Position numbers and translations under genes: made by a program
Origin: Pseudomonadota bacterium
GTDB taxonomy: Bacteria; Myxococcota_A; UBA9042; GCA-2863065
DNA: 64,000 nucleotides
Direction: 5' to 3'
NCBI GenBank assembly: GCA_005776585.1
Contig: SXOX01000276.1
Location: forward strand, 142-64,141
The notes under the pieces: generated by a model
Database searches by the model: none
Told to the model about the DNA's origin: nothing
Seen by the model: only the letters and a program-made list of their open reading frames with translations
In this document: piece after piece, positions 25,200 to 33,525 of the stretch
Layout of the letters: the number at the start of each line of letters is the position of its first letter
Numbering within the stretch: the first letter of the stretch is position 1

Positions 25200-27052
25200 C
25201 GGCCTACATAATCGCCGTCGTCATTCTTGCGCTCGTCGGTGCGCCGATGTTCGCGTGCTTGTTGGCGTTTGCTGCCATGGGCGCCATGACGCTCGAGACC
25301 AACCTCGACAGTGACATCTACATCCGCGTCGCGGGGCAAATCGTCAAGGTCTTCGGCCTCGTCACCGGCGACGCGGGCTCCACCTTGGCCACCATCCCGC
25401 TGTTCACGTTCATGGGCTACCTGCTCGCGGAGTCCAAGGCCGCTGAACGGCTCGTGCGTGTCGCCTCCGCGTGGCTCGGCTGGGTGCCTGGCGGTCTGGC
25501 GATTGTCACGGTCTTCATCTGCGCCCTGTTCACCACGTTCACGGGCGCCTCGGGCGTCACGATCGTCGCCGTTGGCGGCCTCCTGCTCCCCGCCATGGTC
25601 AAGGAGGGCTACAAGGAGCGTTTCGCACTCGGCCTCGTGACCGGCACCGGTTCCATCGGGCTCATGTTCCCGCCGGCCCTTCCGCTCATCATCTACGGCG
25701 TAGTCTACACCATCACGGCGCAGGCGATGACCGGCGGTGGCGGCGAGGCGATGAAGCTCACGTCGTTCCGGTTCGAGAAGTTCCTCATCGCCGGCATCAT
25801 CCCGGGCCTCGTGCTCTGCCTCCTGGTCGCGGCCTACGCGATGTACCGGGCCATTAAGGACGGCGTCAAGCGAACGCCCTTCAACCTCCAGGAAGCCCTC
25901 CGCTCCACGCCCAAGGCCATCCCCGAGCTCATGCTGCCCCTGCTCATGATCATCGCGATGGCCAAGGGCATCCAACCCGAGGAAGCCGCTGCGCTTGGCG
26001 CGCTTTACGTCGGTGTGTTGCAGCTCGCCGTGTTCCGCGACCTCAAGGTCACGGACCTGCCCCGCATCGCCAGCGAGTCGCTGCGCCTCGTGGGTGCCAT
26101 CTTGTTGGTGGTCTTTGCCGCGACCGCGCTATCGGACTACTTCGTCAACGCCGAGATCCCCGACAAGCTCTTCAACTGGATTGGTGAGCACATCAAGGCC
26201 AAGTGGGCGTTCTTGCTCGCGCTCAACGTGTTCCTGCTCGTCGTCGGCTCGGTCATGGACATCTTCTCGGCCTTGCTCGTCGTCGTGCCGCTCATCGCCA
26301 CAGCCGCGGTGCACTACGACATCGATCCCTATCATCTCGGCGTCATCTTTTTGCTCAATCTCGAGATCGGCTACGTCCACCCGCCCGTCGGGCTCAACCT
26401 GTTCATCTCGAGCTTCCGCTTCCGTAAGCCCATGGTGGAGCTGTACTGGGCAATCCTGCCGTTCCTCGGGATCATGGTCGTCGCGCTCCTGCTCGTCACG
26501 TATGTGCCGGCGCTCTCACCCATCAAGGCAGACGCCTCCGCCAAAGATGAGGCGACGGCCGCAGAGACGCAGAAGGCCCCGGTGTCGCTCGACGGCTCGG
26601 CCGAGAAGATCATGTGCGAGGGCAAGGAGCTGCTGCCCGACATGTGTCAGACCGAGGACATGAAGGCCAACCCGCTGGATCAGGCGGACTGCCTTGCCAA
26701 GTTCAAGCTCTTCCCGAAGTGCGAGGCGCTCGAGAACGAGCTCGACAAGATGGAGTGCAAGGACAAGGTCTGCGAGGGTCAGGATCCGTTCGAGCCGCCC
26801 CCAGAGAGCGATGGCGGGACCACGACCGAAGGCGGTACGACCGAGGGCGGTACGACCGAAGGTGGGACCACGACGGAAGGCGGGACCACGGCCGAAGGCG
26901 GGACCACGGCCGACCCGCTGCCTCCCGACGAGGACGCCGGTTCTGCCCCGGCCGGGAGCGACGAGGACGCGGGGAGCGCGCCCGACGCGACGACGGACGA
27001 TGACACCGGGTCGCCGCCGAACACCGAAGTGACCGCACCGCCCGCCCCGTAG
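25196..27052 (+). CDS. dctM: TRAP transporter large permease (DctM) with a ~178-aa non-membrane C-terminal extension
   Basis: 618 aa. The first ~440 aa are polytopic and DctM-like (TGASGVTIVAVGGLLLP, GSIGLMFPPALPLIIYG, FLLNLEIGYVHPPVGLNLF). The tail is Cys-rich, then Gly/Thr/Glu repeats. Confidence 0.85.
   Translation: MTAYIIAVVILALVGAPMFACLLAFAAMGAMTLETNLDSDIYIRVAGQIVKVFGLVTGDAGSTLATIPLFTFMGYLLAESKAAERLVRVASAWLGWVPGGLAIVTVFICALFTTFTGASGVTIVAVGGLLLPAMVKEGYKERFALGLVTGTGSIGLMFPPALPLIIYGVVYTITAQAMTGGGGEAMKLTSFRFEKFLIAGIIPGLVLCLLVAAYAMYRAIKDGVKRTPFNLQEALRSTPKAIPELMLPLLMIIAMAKGIQPEEAAALGALYVGVLQLAVFRDLKVTDLPRIASESLRLVGAILLVVFAATALSDYFVNAEIPDKLFNWIGEHIKAKWAFLLALNVFLLVVGSVMDIFSALLVVVPLIATAAVHYDIDPYHLGVIFLLNLEIGYVHPPVGLNLFISSFRFRKPMVELYWAILPFLGIMVVALLLVTYVPALSPIKADASAKDEATAAETQKAPVSLDGSAEKIMCEGKELLPDMCQTEDMKANPLDQADCLAKFKLFPKCEALENELDKMECKDKVCEGQDPFEPPPESDGGTTTEGGTTEGGTTEGGTTTEGGTTAEGGTTADPLPPDEDAGSAPAGSDEDAGSAPDATTDDDTGSPPNTEVTAPPAP
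26813..26914 (+). repeat. in-frame imperfect tandem repeat, six units of 15 or 18 nt, encoding GGTT(T/A)(E/D)
   Basis: Units: ggcgggaccacgaccgaa / ggcggtacgaccgag / ggcggtacgaccgaa / ggtgggaccacgacggaa / ggcgggaccacggccgaa / ggcgggaccacggccgac. In the dctM frame. A second 2x repeat encoding DEDAGSAP starts at 26927 and 26960. Confidence 0.9.
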
Positions 27053-27060
27053 GAGTCTCG

Positions 27061-27510
27061 ATGTACCCGACTATTCTAATCGCGACCGACCTGACCGAGT
27101 CTTCCGACCCCGCGGTCTCGACGGCCATCGCGTTGGCCAGTCGGCTGGGCTCAGAGCTCGTCGTCGCGCACGTAATCGACGTCATGGCCGAGCACAAGAA
27201 CTGGTTCTTGCCCGACTCCGCTGCGGTCGAAGCCGTCCGCGCGGCGATCACGCACGAGACGGACACGCTGCGAGAGCGCCTAGCGGCTCAGATGCAGGCG
27301 CGCGGAGTCACGCCGACACAGATCCTGGTCCGCCACGGGCACCCGGGTGACGAAATCCCCGAGATCGCTGAAGAGGTCGGCGCGAGCCTGATTGTGATCG
27401 GAACCCACGGTCGTCGCGGCTTTCGCCACGCGGTGATGGGCTCCGTCGCCGAGCGCGTGGCGCGCATCGCGGGTCGCCCCGTGCTGGTGATTCCAACGAC
27501 CCCCGCCTGA
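27061..27510 (+). CDS. universal stress protein (UspA family)
   Basis: 149 aa. MYPTILIATDLTESS..., LIVIGTHGRRGFRHAVMGSVAERV (G-2x-G-9x-G-S/T ATP motif). AGGAG overlaps the dctM stop. Confidence 0.9.
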   Translation: MYPTILIATDLTESSDPAVSTAIALASRLGSELVVAHVIDVMAEHKNWFLPDSAAVEAVRAAITHETDTLRERLAAQMQARGVTPTQILVRHGHPGDEIPEIAEEVGASLIVIGTHGRRGFRHAVMGSVAERVARIAGRPVLVIPTTPA

Positions 27511-27515
27511 GCCGC

Positions 27516-28508
27516 TCAGGGCGATGGCACCGGTGCGGGTTCGGCGGGCTTGTCGGACTCCGTCGGTGCAGGCGTGCCAATGTCGTCGTTGAAGGCGCGA
27601 TCGGCTTCCGCAATCCAACGACGTGCCCGGACCTTGGCCAGCTCGTTGGCCAGCCGCTGCGAGGGCATGATGTCGTTTGGGGCCTCGATGACCTCGTTCA
27701 GCAGGCGCACATAGCCCTTCTTGTCGTTCGCGTTCGTCATGTAAAAGCGGGCGTAGAACGCCTTGCCCATGAGGAATTTGCCATCGGTCATGGCGAGCCC
27801 CTTTTCGAAGGCGGCCTTGGACGCGTCCGGATTGCCACCGAGCGCCTTGGGCAGCGCGACCTCGAGGGCGCCAAAGAAGAGCCACGGAGCGCCGTTCTCG
27901 AAGCCCGGGTTGCGGTCGCGCACCCAGGCCATGAGCCGCTTGAACTTGGGCATGTCGGTCAAGAGCTCCGGATCCTGCTGCAGGTTGGTCAGCGAGCCCC
28001 ATGCATAGGCGAGCCAGTAGATGGCCGGGAGGTGGTCGTCGTCTGCCTCTTGCAGAAACTGCTCCAGGCGGTCGCCACCGGCGGACAGGATCGCCTCGAT
28101 GTCCTCGAAGTCCTGCGCGAGACGGCGCTTGGTGAGCCCCAGAGCGCGGCGATAGAAGTCCGAGGCGCGCTCCTTGAGCTCCTCGTGGCGCGGCGAGCCA
28201 ATCGTCTCTTGCTCCAGGTCGTCCTCCAAGAATGCAAACGCGTAGAGCGCATAGTTCTTGGCGGTCATGACCATGAGCTGACCGTTGTCCGGCGTGGCCT
28301 TTTGGACGCCATCGAAGAACTTGAGGTTGCTCGTCGCGGCGGCGCGCGCGAGCCAGGGATCGCTCTCCTCGTCAAAGCTGGTCGTGGCCTTGGCCAGGAC
28401 GTTGACCGTGGAGTCGGCAGCGAACTTCGTGAAGAAGGCCTTGCAGCCCGAGAGCAGGCCCAAGGCCAATGTCCCGTAAACAAACAGCAATCGGTTCTTA
28501 TGGGTCAT
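27516..28508 (-). CDS. tatT: TRAP-associated TPR-like lipoprotein, TatT family
   Basis: 330 aa with lipobox LLSGC. All-helical with TatT-like landmarks as I recall the family (SDPWLARAA..., LPAIYWLAYAWGS, GAPWLFFGALEVALPKALGGNPD, RLANELAKVRARRWI). Sits next to dctPQM. Confidence 0.7.
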   Translation of the reverse strand: MTHKNRLLFVYGTLALGLLSGCKAFFTKFAADSTVNVLAKATTSFDEESDPWLARAAATSNLKFFDGVQKATPDNGQLMVMTAKNYALYAFAFLEDDLEQETIGSPRHEELKERASDFYRRALGLTKRRLAQDFEDIEAILSAGGDRLEQFLQEADDDHLPAIYWLAYAWGSLTNLQQDPELLTDMPKFKRLMAWVRDRNPGFENGAPWLFFGALEVALPKALGGNPDASKAAFEKGLAMTDGKFLMGKAFYARFYMTNANDKKGYVRLLNEVIEAPNDIMPSQRLANELAKVRARRWIAEADRAFNDDIGTPAPTESDKPAEPAPVPSP

Positions 28509-28600
28509 GAGCGGCTCCTCCGGTGAGTGACCCTATGTAGACCAGCTTGCAGGTGAGTTCAACCACTCGGACGCGCTTGCGAACTTCGCCCTGTCATGCG

Positions 28601-31600
28601 ATGCCCCGCCCCATGCCGCCTGCGATGGCCAGCCCCTTTCTCGTCGCGCTCGCGCGTGCCGCCGAGCAGCCGGCCATGCTGACGGGCTCGTCGTCCGCGC
28701 TGCGTGGTCGGGAGTACTACCGCAGCGGCATGGTGAAGAGCACCCAACTCTCGGCCGAGCTGATGACCGCGGTCGTCCAGGGCAGCGTCAAGACGCCGTA
28801 CACGGTGCTCGTGCGGCGCCTCGGGAGCCAGTCGTTGACCTCCGACTGCACCTGCCCGCTGGGCGGGGACTGCAAGCACGTGGCGGCCGCGCTCTACGCC
28901 ATTGCCGCGCGCTTCACGACGGCCGAGCGCCTCGAGGTCCATCCGGAGTCGAACGCCCGCGAGGCGCCGGCGGTCGTGGACGGCCGCGTCGTGCTCTCGA
29001 CGACGATGTCGCTCGCCAACCTGCGCGCCTGGGGCAAGGCGCATGCGCTCCTCGAGCTGCTCAGTGAGTCCCTGGCGGCACTCGGGATCGACTCCGGAGC
29101 GTCCTGGGGGCGCCGCTACGGGACGACCGTCCAGGACGTCGTCTGCTCCCCCGCGGATCCTCGAGGCCGGAGCGGCCCGGATCCCGGGCTCAAGCTCGCG
29201 GTCGTCCAGCTCCTCCAACGTCGCGCGTCTCTAGGTCAGCAACTGGCGGAGCTCGCGTCGCGTCGAGCGCAGCGCCCCGCACCCGCGGACCCGCGCCTCG
29301 CCGACGCGATCACGCGCCTCACTGAGCTCCGCGACGCTGTACGCGGCGGCGCGGATGTCTCTCCGCTGGTCGAGCTATCCGCCACGGTGGCTGCCGAGCT
29401 CGATCCTCCGGTGCTGCGGATTCGTTTCCCTGAGCCCGTCTGCAACCTCGGCTGGTACGGGCACATGCTCGTGGATCTCGGGGACGCGCACCGGCCGGCG
29501 AGCGTCGGCTGTGATTGCCGGGTTCAGAGCCAGGAGTGTCACACCCGCCGCGTCGCCGTGGACCTGGCTCTCGACAGGCTCACGTTCCCCGAGCACGCCG
29601 CGCTCCAGCGCTCGCTCGGCGACGTCGTCACGCAGCCGAGCTGGGAGCGGCTCTTGGCGGCGCTCGACGCGGCCATGCCCAAGGCGCCCCCGGCGCCTCC
29701 GGACTGGAGCGTCGGCTGGCGGCTCAAGGGGGGCGAGGCGGTCACCGAGATCGAGATCGTGGCCGTCACTCCGCGCAAGCGCAGCGTCTCGCTGCGTCGG
29801 CTCAACCCCGCGGACGCGCTTGCGCATCCGATGCTGTCCGAGGCCGACCGCGCGGCGATCATGGCGCATCAGTATCGGGACAGCAGCGGCGGTACGGGTG
29901 AGGCGTTCGCGCGACTGGCGCCCCTCCTCGTCGGCATGTCTACGGTCTTCGATGGAGACAACCTGCCGGTCACGGTCCGGCGCGCCGTCCCGACGCTCGT
30001 AGCGCGTCCCACGCCCGATGGCGGCACCTCGGTGGTCGTACGCGTTGCCGAGCACGAGCTGAGCCCAAAGCGCGCCGAGGACCTGCTGGGCCTCAGCCTC
30101 AGTACGCGCCCGGCGGTGACCGCGGTCGTGCGCCCCGAGCCGTTCGGGCCGCTCTATGCCTGTGTCACGTCTCGCGAGCTGGCGCGCGTCGTCCATGTCT
30201 TCGCCCAGCGCGGCGCGGAGCTGCCCCAGGATGCGACGACCGGACTCGTCGCGCGTCTGGCCCGGCTCTCGGCGGCCGCTCCCATCGCGCTCGAGGGCAC
30301 GCTCGTGCCCGATCGTCGCCTGGGGGACGCGACCCCGCGGGTTCGGCTCGCGGCGCGCGGCGAGGCCACCCTCGAGGTGCGGCTGTGGGTCCTGCCCATC
30401 GCGGGGCTGCGCCTGGAAGCGCCAGGCGAGGGCAGTCCCACGCTCGTGACCGTGCTCGAAGGGCGCACCCTGGCCGTCCAGCGGGATCTGGTGGCCGAGC
30501 ACGCGGAGGCGCGCGCGTTGGCGCAGTCGCTGGCGCTCGAGCCCGAGGCCCACGGCTACTTGTGGACGCTCGACGACCCCAGCGCGGCCCTCGACGTGCT
30601 CACTGCCCTCCAGTCGCGCACCGACCTCGACGTCAAGTGGGTCGACGATCGCCGCATGGTCGTCACGTCGCCGTCGACGCAGAAGCTCACCGTCAACGTG
30701 GAGAGCAGCGACAAGTGGTTCACGTTGGGTGGTCAGCTCGAGACCGAGCTTGGACCCATCTCGCTTGGCGTCGTGCTTGCCGCCCTGCGCGCCGGTCAGC
30801 GCTATCTGCCGCTCGGCAAGGACGGGTGGGTGCGGCTGACCGACGTGTTTCGGTCGAGCCTCGGTGCCACGGCGCTGTCGGCCAAGGACGGCAAGAAGGG
30901 CCCCGAACTGCCGACGCTCGCCGGCGGCGTACTCGACGCGCTGGAGCTGGCTGGCGCACGCCTGCAGCTCACCGCCAAGGCGGCGCAGTGGCGAAAGCGC
31001 ATCGCCGAGGTGCGTGCGCGCGAGCCCCAGGTGCCGACCGAGCTCCAGGCCACGCTTCGCGACTACCAGGCTGCCGGCGTCAAGTGGCTGCTTCGGCTGG
31101 CGGGCTTTGCACCGGGTGCCTGCCTCGCCGATGATATGGGCCTCGGCAAGACGGTGCAGGCGCTCGGCCTCGTCCTGGCGCGTTCGGCGGACGGCCCGAC
31201 GCTCGTGGTCGCACCCACGTCGGTCGGCTTCAACTGGGTGCGTGAAACCGAGCGCTTTGCGCCCACGCTGGCCATCGCCGTGTTTCGCGGCAAGGCCCAC
31301 GTCGAGGCGCTCGGCAGCGTCGGGCCCCACACGCTGGTCGTCACGAGCTACGACCTCTTGGCGCGCTATGCGGAGGATCTTTCCGTCGTAAAGTGGACTA
31401 CGCTCATCCTGGATGAGGCCCAGGCCATCAAGAACCCGACGACGCGCCGGGCGCGCGCGGCCAGCAGTCTGGACGCCGGCTTCACGCTCGCGCTCACGGG
31501 GACGCCTGTCGAGAATCACGCGGGCGAGCTCTGGAGCCTGATGTCGGTGGTCACGCCTGGCCTCCTCGGTGGCATGGCCGAGTTTCAGTCGCGCTTCGTC

Positions 31601-32479
31601 AACCCGATCGCGCGCCGTAACGACGCGCTCGCCAAGACCGTGCTCGCGTCGCTCGTGCGGCCGTTCGTGCTGCGTCGCAAGAAGTCCGAGGTCGCGCGCG
31701 AGCTTCCTCCACGAACCGAGATCCAAATCGACGTCCAGCTCACCCCGGAGGAGCGCAAGCGTTACGACGAACTCCGCGGCGCCGCTCTGCTCGCTCTCGC
31801 CGGGGCCGACAACGCGGCGACGGAGCAGCAGCGCCGGTTTCAGATCCGTGCTGCGCTCACCCGCCTGCGCCAGCTGGCGTGCGAGCCGCGGTTGGTGGAC
31901 CGGCACATCGTGGGTCCGTCGTCCAAGCTGCGGGTGCTCGCGGAGCTCCTCGTCGAGCTGAAGGAGGAGGGTCACCGGGCGCTCGTCTTCAGCCAGTTCA
32001 CGTCGCTGCTGGACCTCGTCGAGCCAGTGCTGACCGCCGCGACCGTCTCCTTCTGTCGGCTGGACGGGAGCACACCGGCCGCACAGCGCCAGACCCTGGT
32101 CACGCAGTTCCAGGCGGGACAGACGGACGTGTTCCTGCTCTCGCTCAAGGCGGGCGGCACGGGGCTGAACCTCACCGCCGCCGACTATGTGATTCACCTC
32201 GATCCCTGGTGGAACCCCGCCGTCGAGGATCAGGCCACCGATCGGGCACACCGCATCGGCCAGGACAAGCCGGTCACCGTCTACCGGCTCGTGTCGCAGG
32301 GCACCGTCGAGGAGGGCATCGTCGCGCTGCACCACAAGAAGCGAGAGCTCGTGGGCGCGCTGCTCGAGGGCACCGGTGAGGCGGCGGGGCTGTCGACAGC
32401 CGAGCTCCTGGACCTCGTGACCGCTGGCGCAAGTCAGGAGCCGCCCGACACCGACGCGCCGGCTCCGGAGGATGAGTAG
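28601..32479 (+). CDS. SWIM zinc-finger plus SNF2-family ATPase/helicase fusion
   Basis: SWIM motif CTCPLGGDCKHVAAAL near the N-terminus. SNF2 motifs LADDMGLGKTVQAL, ILDEAQAIKN, LTGTPVEN. Helicase-C motifs LVFSQFTSLLDL, LSLKAGGTGLNLTAADYVIHLDPWWNPAVEDQATDRAHRIGQ. Start uncertain: ATG 28601, 28613 or 28625, or TTG 28547. Confidence 0.9.
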   Translation: MPRPMPPAMASPFLVALARAAEQPAMLTGSSSALRGREYYRSGMVKSTQLSAELMTAVVQGSVKTPYTVLVRRLGSQSLTSDCTCPLGGDCKHVAAALYAIAARFTTAERLEVHPESNAREAPAVVDGRVVLSTTMSLANLRAWGKAHALLELLSESLAALGIDSGASWGRRYGTTVQDVVCSPADPRGRSGPDPGLKLAVVQLLQRRASLGQQLAELASRRAQRPAPADPRLADAITRLTELRDAVRGGADVSPLVELSATVAAELDPPVLRIRFPEPVCNLGWYGHMLVDLGDAHRPASVGCDCRVQSQECHTRRVAVDLALDRLTFPEHAALQRSLGDVVTQPSWERLLAALDAAMPKAPPAPPDWSVGWRLKGGEAVTEIEIVAVTPRKRSVSLRRLNPADALAHPMLSEADRAAIMAHQYRDSSGGTGEAFARLAPLLVGMSTVFDGDNLPVTVRRAVPTLVARPTPDGGTSVVVRVAEHELSPKRAEDLLGLSLSTRPAVTAVVRPEPFGPLYACVTSRELARVVHVFAQRGAELPQDATTGLVARLARLSAAAPIALEGTLVPDRRLGDATPRVRLAARGEATLEVRLWVLPIAGLRLEAPGEGSPTLVTVLEGRTLAVQRDLVAEHAEARALAQSLALEPEAHGYLWTLDDPSAALDVLTALQSRTDLDVKWVDDRRMVVTSPSTQKLTVNVESSDKWFTLGGQLETELGPISLGVVLAALRAGQRYLPLGKDGWVRLTDVFRSSLGATALSAKDGKKGPELPTLAGGVLDALELAGARLQLTAKAAQWRKRIAEVRAREPQVPTELQATLRDYQAAGVKWLLRLAGFAPGACLADDMGLGKTVQALGLVLARSADGPTLVVAPTSVGFNWVRETERFAPTLAIAVFRGKAHVEALGSVGPHTLVVTSYDLLARYAEDLSVVKWTTLILDEAQAIKNPTTRRARAASSLDAGFTLALTGTPVENHAGELWSLMSVVTPGLLGGMAEFQSRFVNPIARRNDALAKTVLASLVRPFVLRRKKSEVARELPPRTEIQIDVQLTPEERKRYDELRGAALLALAGADNAATEQQRRFQIRAALTRLRQLACEPRLVDRHIVGPSSKLRVLAELLVELKEEGHRALVFSQFTSLLDLVEPVLTAATVSFCRLDGSTPAAQRQTLVTQFQAGQTDVFLLSLKAGGTGLNLTAADYVIHLDPWWNPAVEDQATDRAHRIGQDKPVTVYRLVSQGTVEEGIVALHHKKRELVGALLEGTGEAAGLSTAELLDLVTAGASQEPPDTDAPAPEDE

Positions 32480-32482
32480 GCG

Positions 32483-33331
32483 ATGGTGTACCAGCGAGGG
32501 ATGTCGTTTCTGGTCGTCGCGGCATGGGGCGCGTTTGGGGGTGGCTGCGCGGCGTCTCGAGCGACCCCGGGTGACAGCGGCGTCGAGGTCTCAATGGCCG
32601 GCGATCTTGCGGTGACGGATCTTTCGTCGGCCCCGGAGGACCTGCCATTGGCGGAGCTCGCCGCCCCCGAGTTGCCTGGGAGCGTCGTCGACGCGAGCGA
32701 GGTCGTCGCCTCGGGTCACGTGACCGCCTGGGGCACCCTCACCGGCGCGTGCGGCACCTTGGGCGCGGAGCTCACCAATCCGAGCCCCAGCTTCCACACC
32801 AACACCTACGTCTTCGCGTCGGGCGCGTTCGACGCCAAGCCGCTGCGGAGCCTGGCGCAGAAGCGCTACAGCGGCCCGAACAATGGTGGGAGCTCGAAGT
32901 GCTCCGAGGCGATGAGCATCCAGACGCTCTACGATTGTGAAGGCATCACTGGCCTCAAGACCGAGGTCGAGATCGCCTGGGCCGTGACGGGACAAACGAC
33001 CGACTGGCTCGGACAGCTCGGAGCCCACAAGGTCGGGGTCTCCGTCTCGCGGGCGTATCAAGGGCCGACAGACCAGACGTACACCGTCGAGGACGCGACG
33101 ACCTTGCTCAAGAAGAAGCTCGGCGGCATCAACGCCAGCACGCAGAACGTCGCCGCCGCCGACGCCTGGACCAAGCAGGTGCTGCACATCTGGACCCTTC
33201 AGCCGACGTGGGTGGCCGTTCTCGAGACCGCGTGGACGCAGCTCGACGCCGCGCTCAAGGCGGACACGGTCGTCCTCGTGACCGTCGAGCAGGGGAGCAC
33301 CGCCATCACCGCGGACACCTGCGCGGACTGA
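32483..33331 (+). CDS. hypothetical lipoprotein
   Basis: 282 aa with lipobox GGGCAAS. No motif recognised. Starts 3 nt after the SNF2 stop. Confidence 0.6.
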   Translation: MVYQRGMSFLVVAAWGAFGGGCAASRATPGDSGVEVSMAGDLAVTDLSSAPEDLPLAELAAPELPGSVVDASEVVASGHVTAWGTLTGACGTLGAELTNPSPSFHTNTYVFASGAFDAKPLRSLAQKRYSGPNNGGSSKCSEAMSIQTLYDCEGITGLKTEVEIAWAVTGQTTDWLGQLGAHKVGVSVSRAYQGPTDQTYTVEDATTLLKKKLGGINASTQNVAAADAWTKQVLHIWTLQPTWVAVLETAWTQLDAALKADTVVLVTVEQGSTAITADTCAD

Positions 33332-33430
33332 GCCCCGTCACGTGACGTTTGTGTGACCTGAGACCTCCCACCGGGCCTGTCGGTCGCGAACTCGGGCCTT
33401 GCGGCGCGCGATCGTCGATCACGTCCCTGT

Positions 33431-33446
33431 TGGCACGGCCGTTGCG
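33431..33446 (+). promoter_or_regulatory. sigma-54 (RpoN) promoter candidate TGGCACggccgTTGCg
   Basis: Matches the -24/-12 consensus TGGCAC-N5-TTGC(A/T) at every conserved GG/GC position. Lies 80 nt upstream of ATG 33526 in a 194-nt intergenic region. Confidence 0.6.
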
Positions 33447-33525
33447 CCAAGGCTGGCCAGCAGCCCACCGACTGGCAGGCGCCGCAGGTCGCGACGACGA
33501 GTTCGGGGGCCATGGGAGGACGGTC

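Noticed and set aside
26813-26914. 15/18-nt tandem repeats considered as a CRISPR-like or non-coding VNTR array
   Set aside because: The units are contiguous with no spacers, and they are in frame within dctM, where they encode GGTT(T/A)E. I therefore treat them as a coding low-complexity repeat and report them as such.
29375-32335. 986-aa ORF on the - strand
   Set aside because: It is antisense to the SNF2 ATPase gene, which shows every canonical helicase motif. The ORF itself has no motifs.
28601-32479. SWIM-SNF2 protein considered as the core of a phage-defence system (DISARM/Zorya/BREX-like)
   Set aside because: There is no adjacent methyltransferase, nuclease, phospholipase-D or other defence partner. 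The flanking genes are a TRAP accessory lipoprotein and secreted lipoproteins. The architecture matches widespread housekeeping HelZ-like proteins.
33337-33346. 10-bp palindrome GTCACGTGAC just after the lipoprotein stop, considered as a terminator
   Set aside because: It has no loop and no U-tract, so it cannot form a terminator hairpin. I keep it only as a possible protein-binding site, mentioned under the sigma-54 finding.
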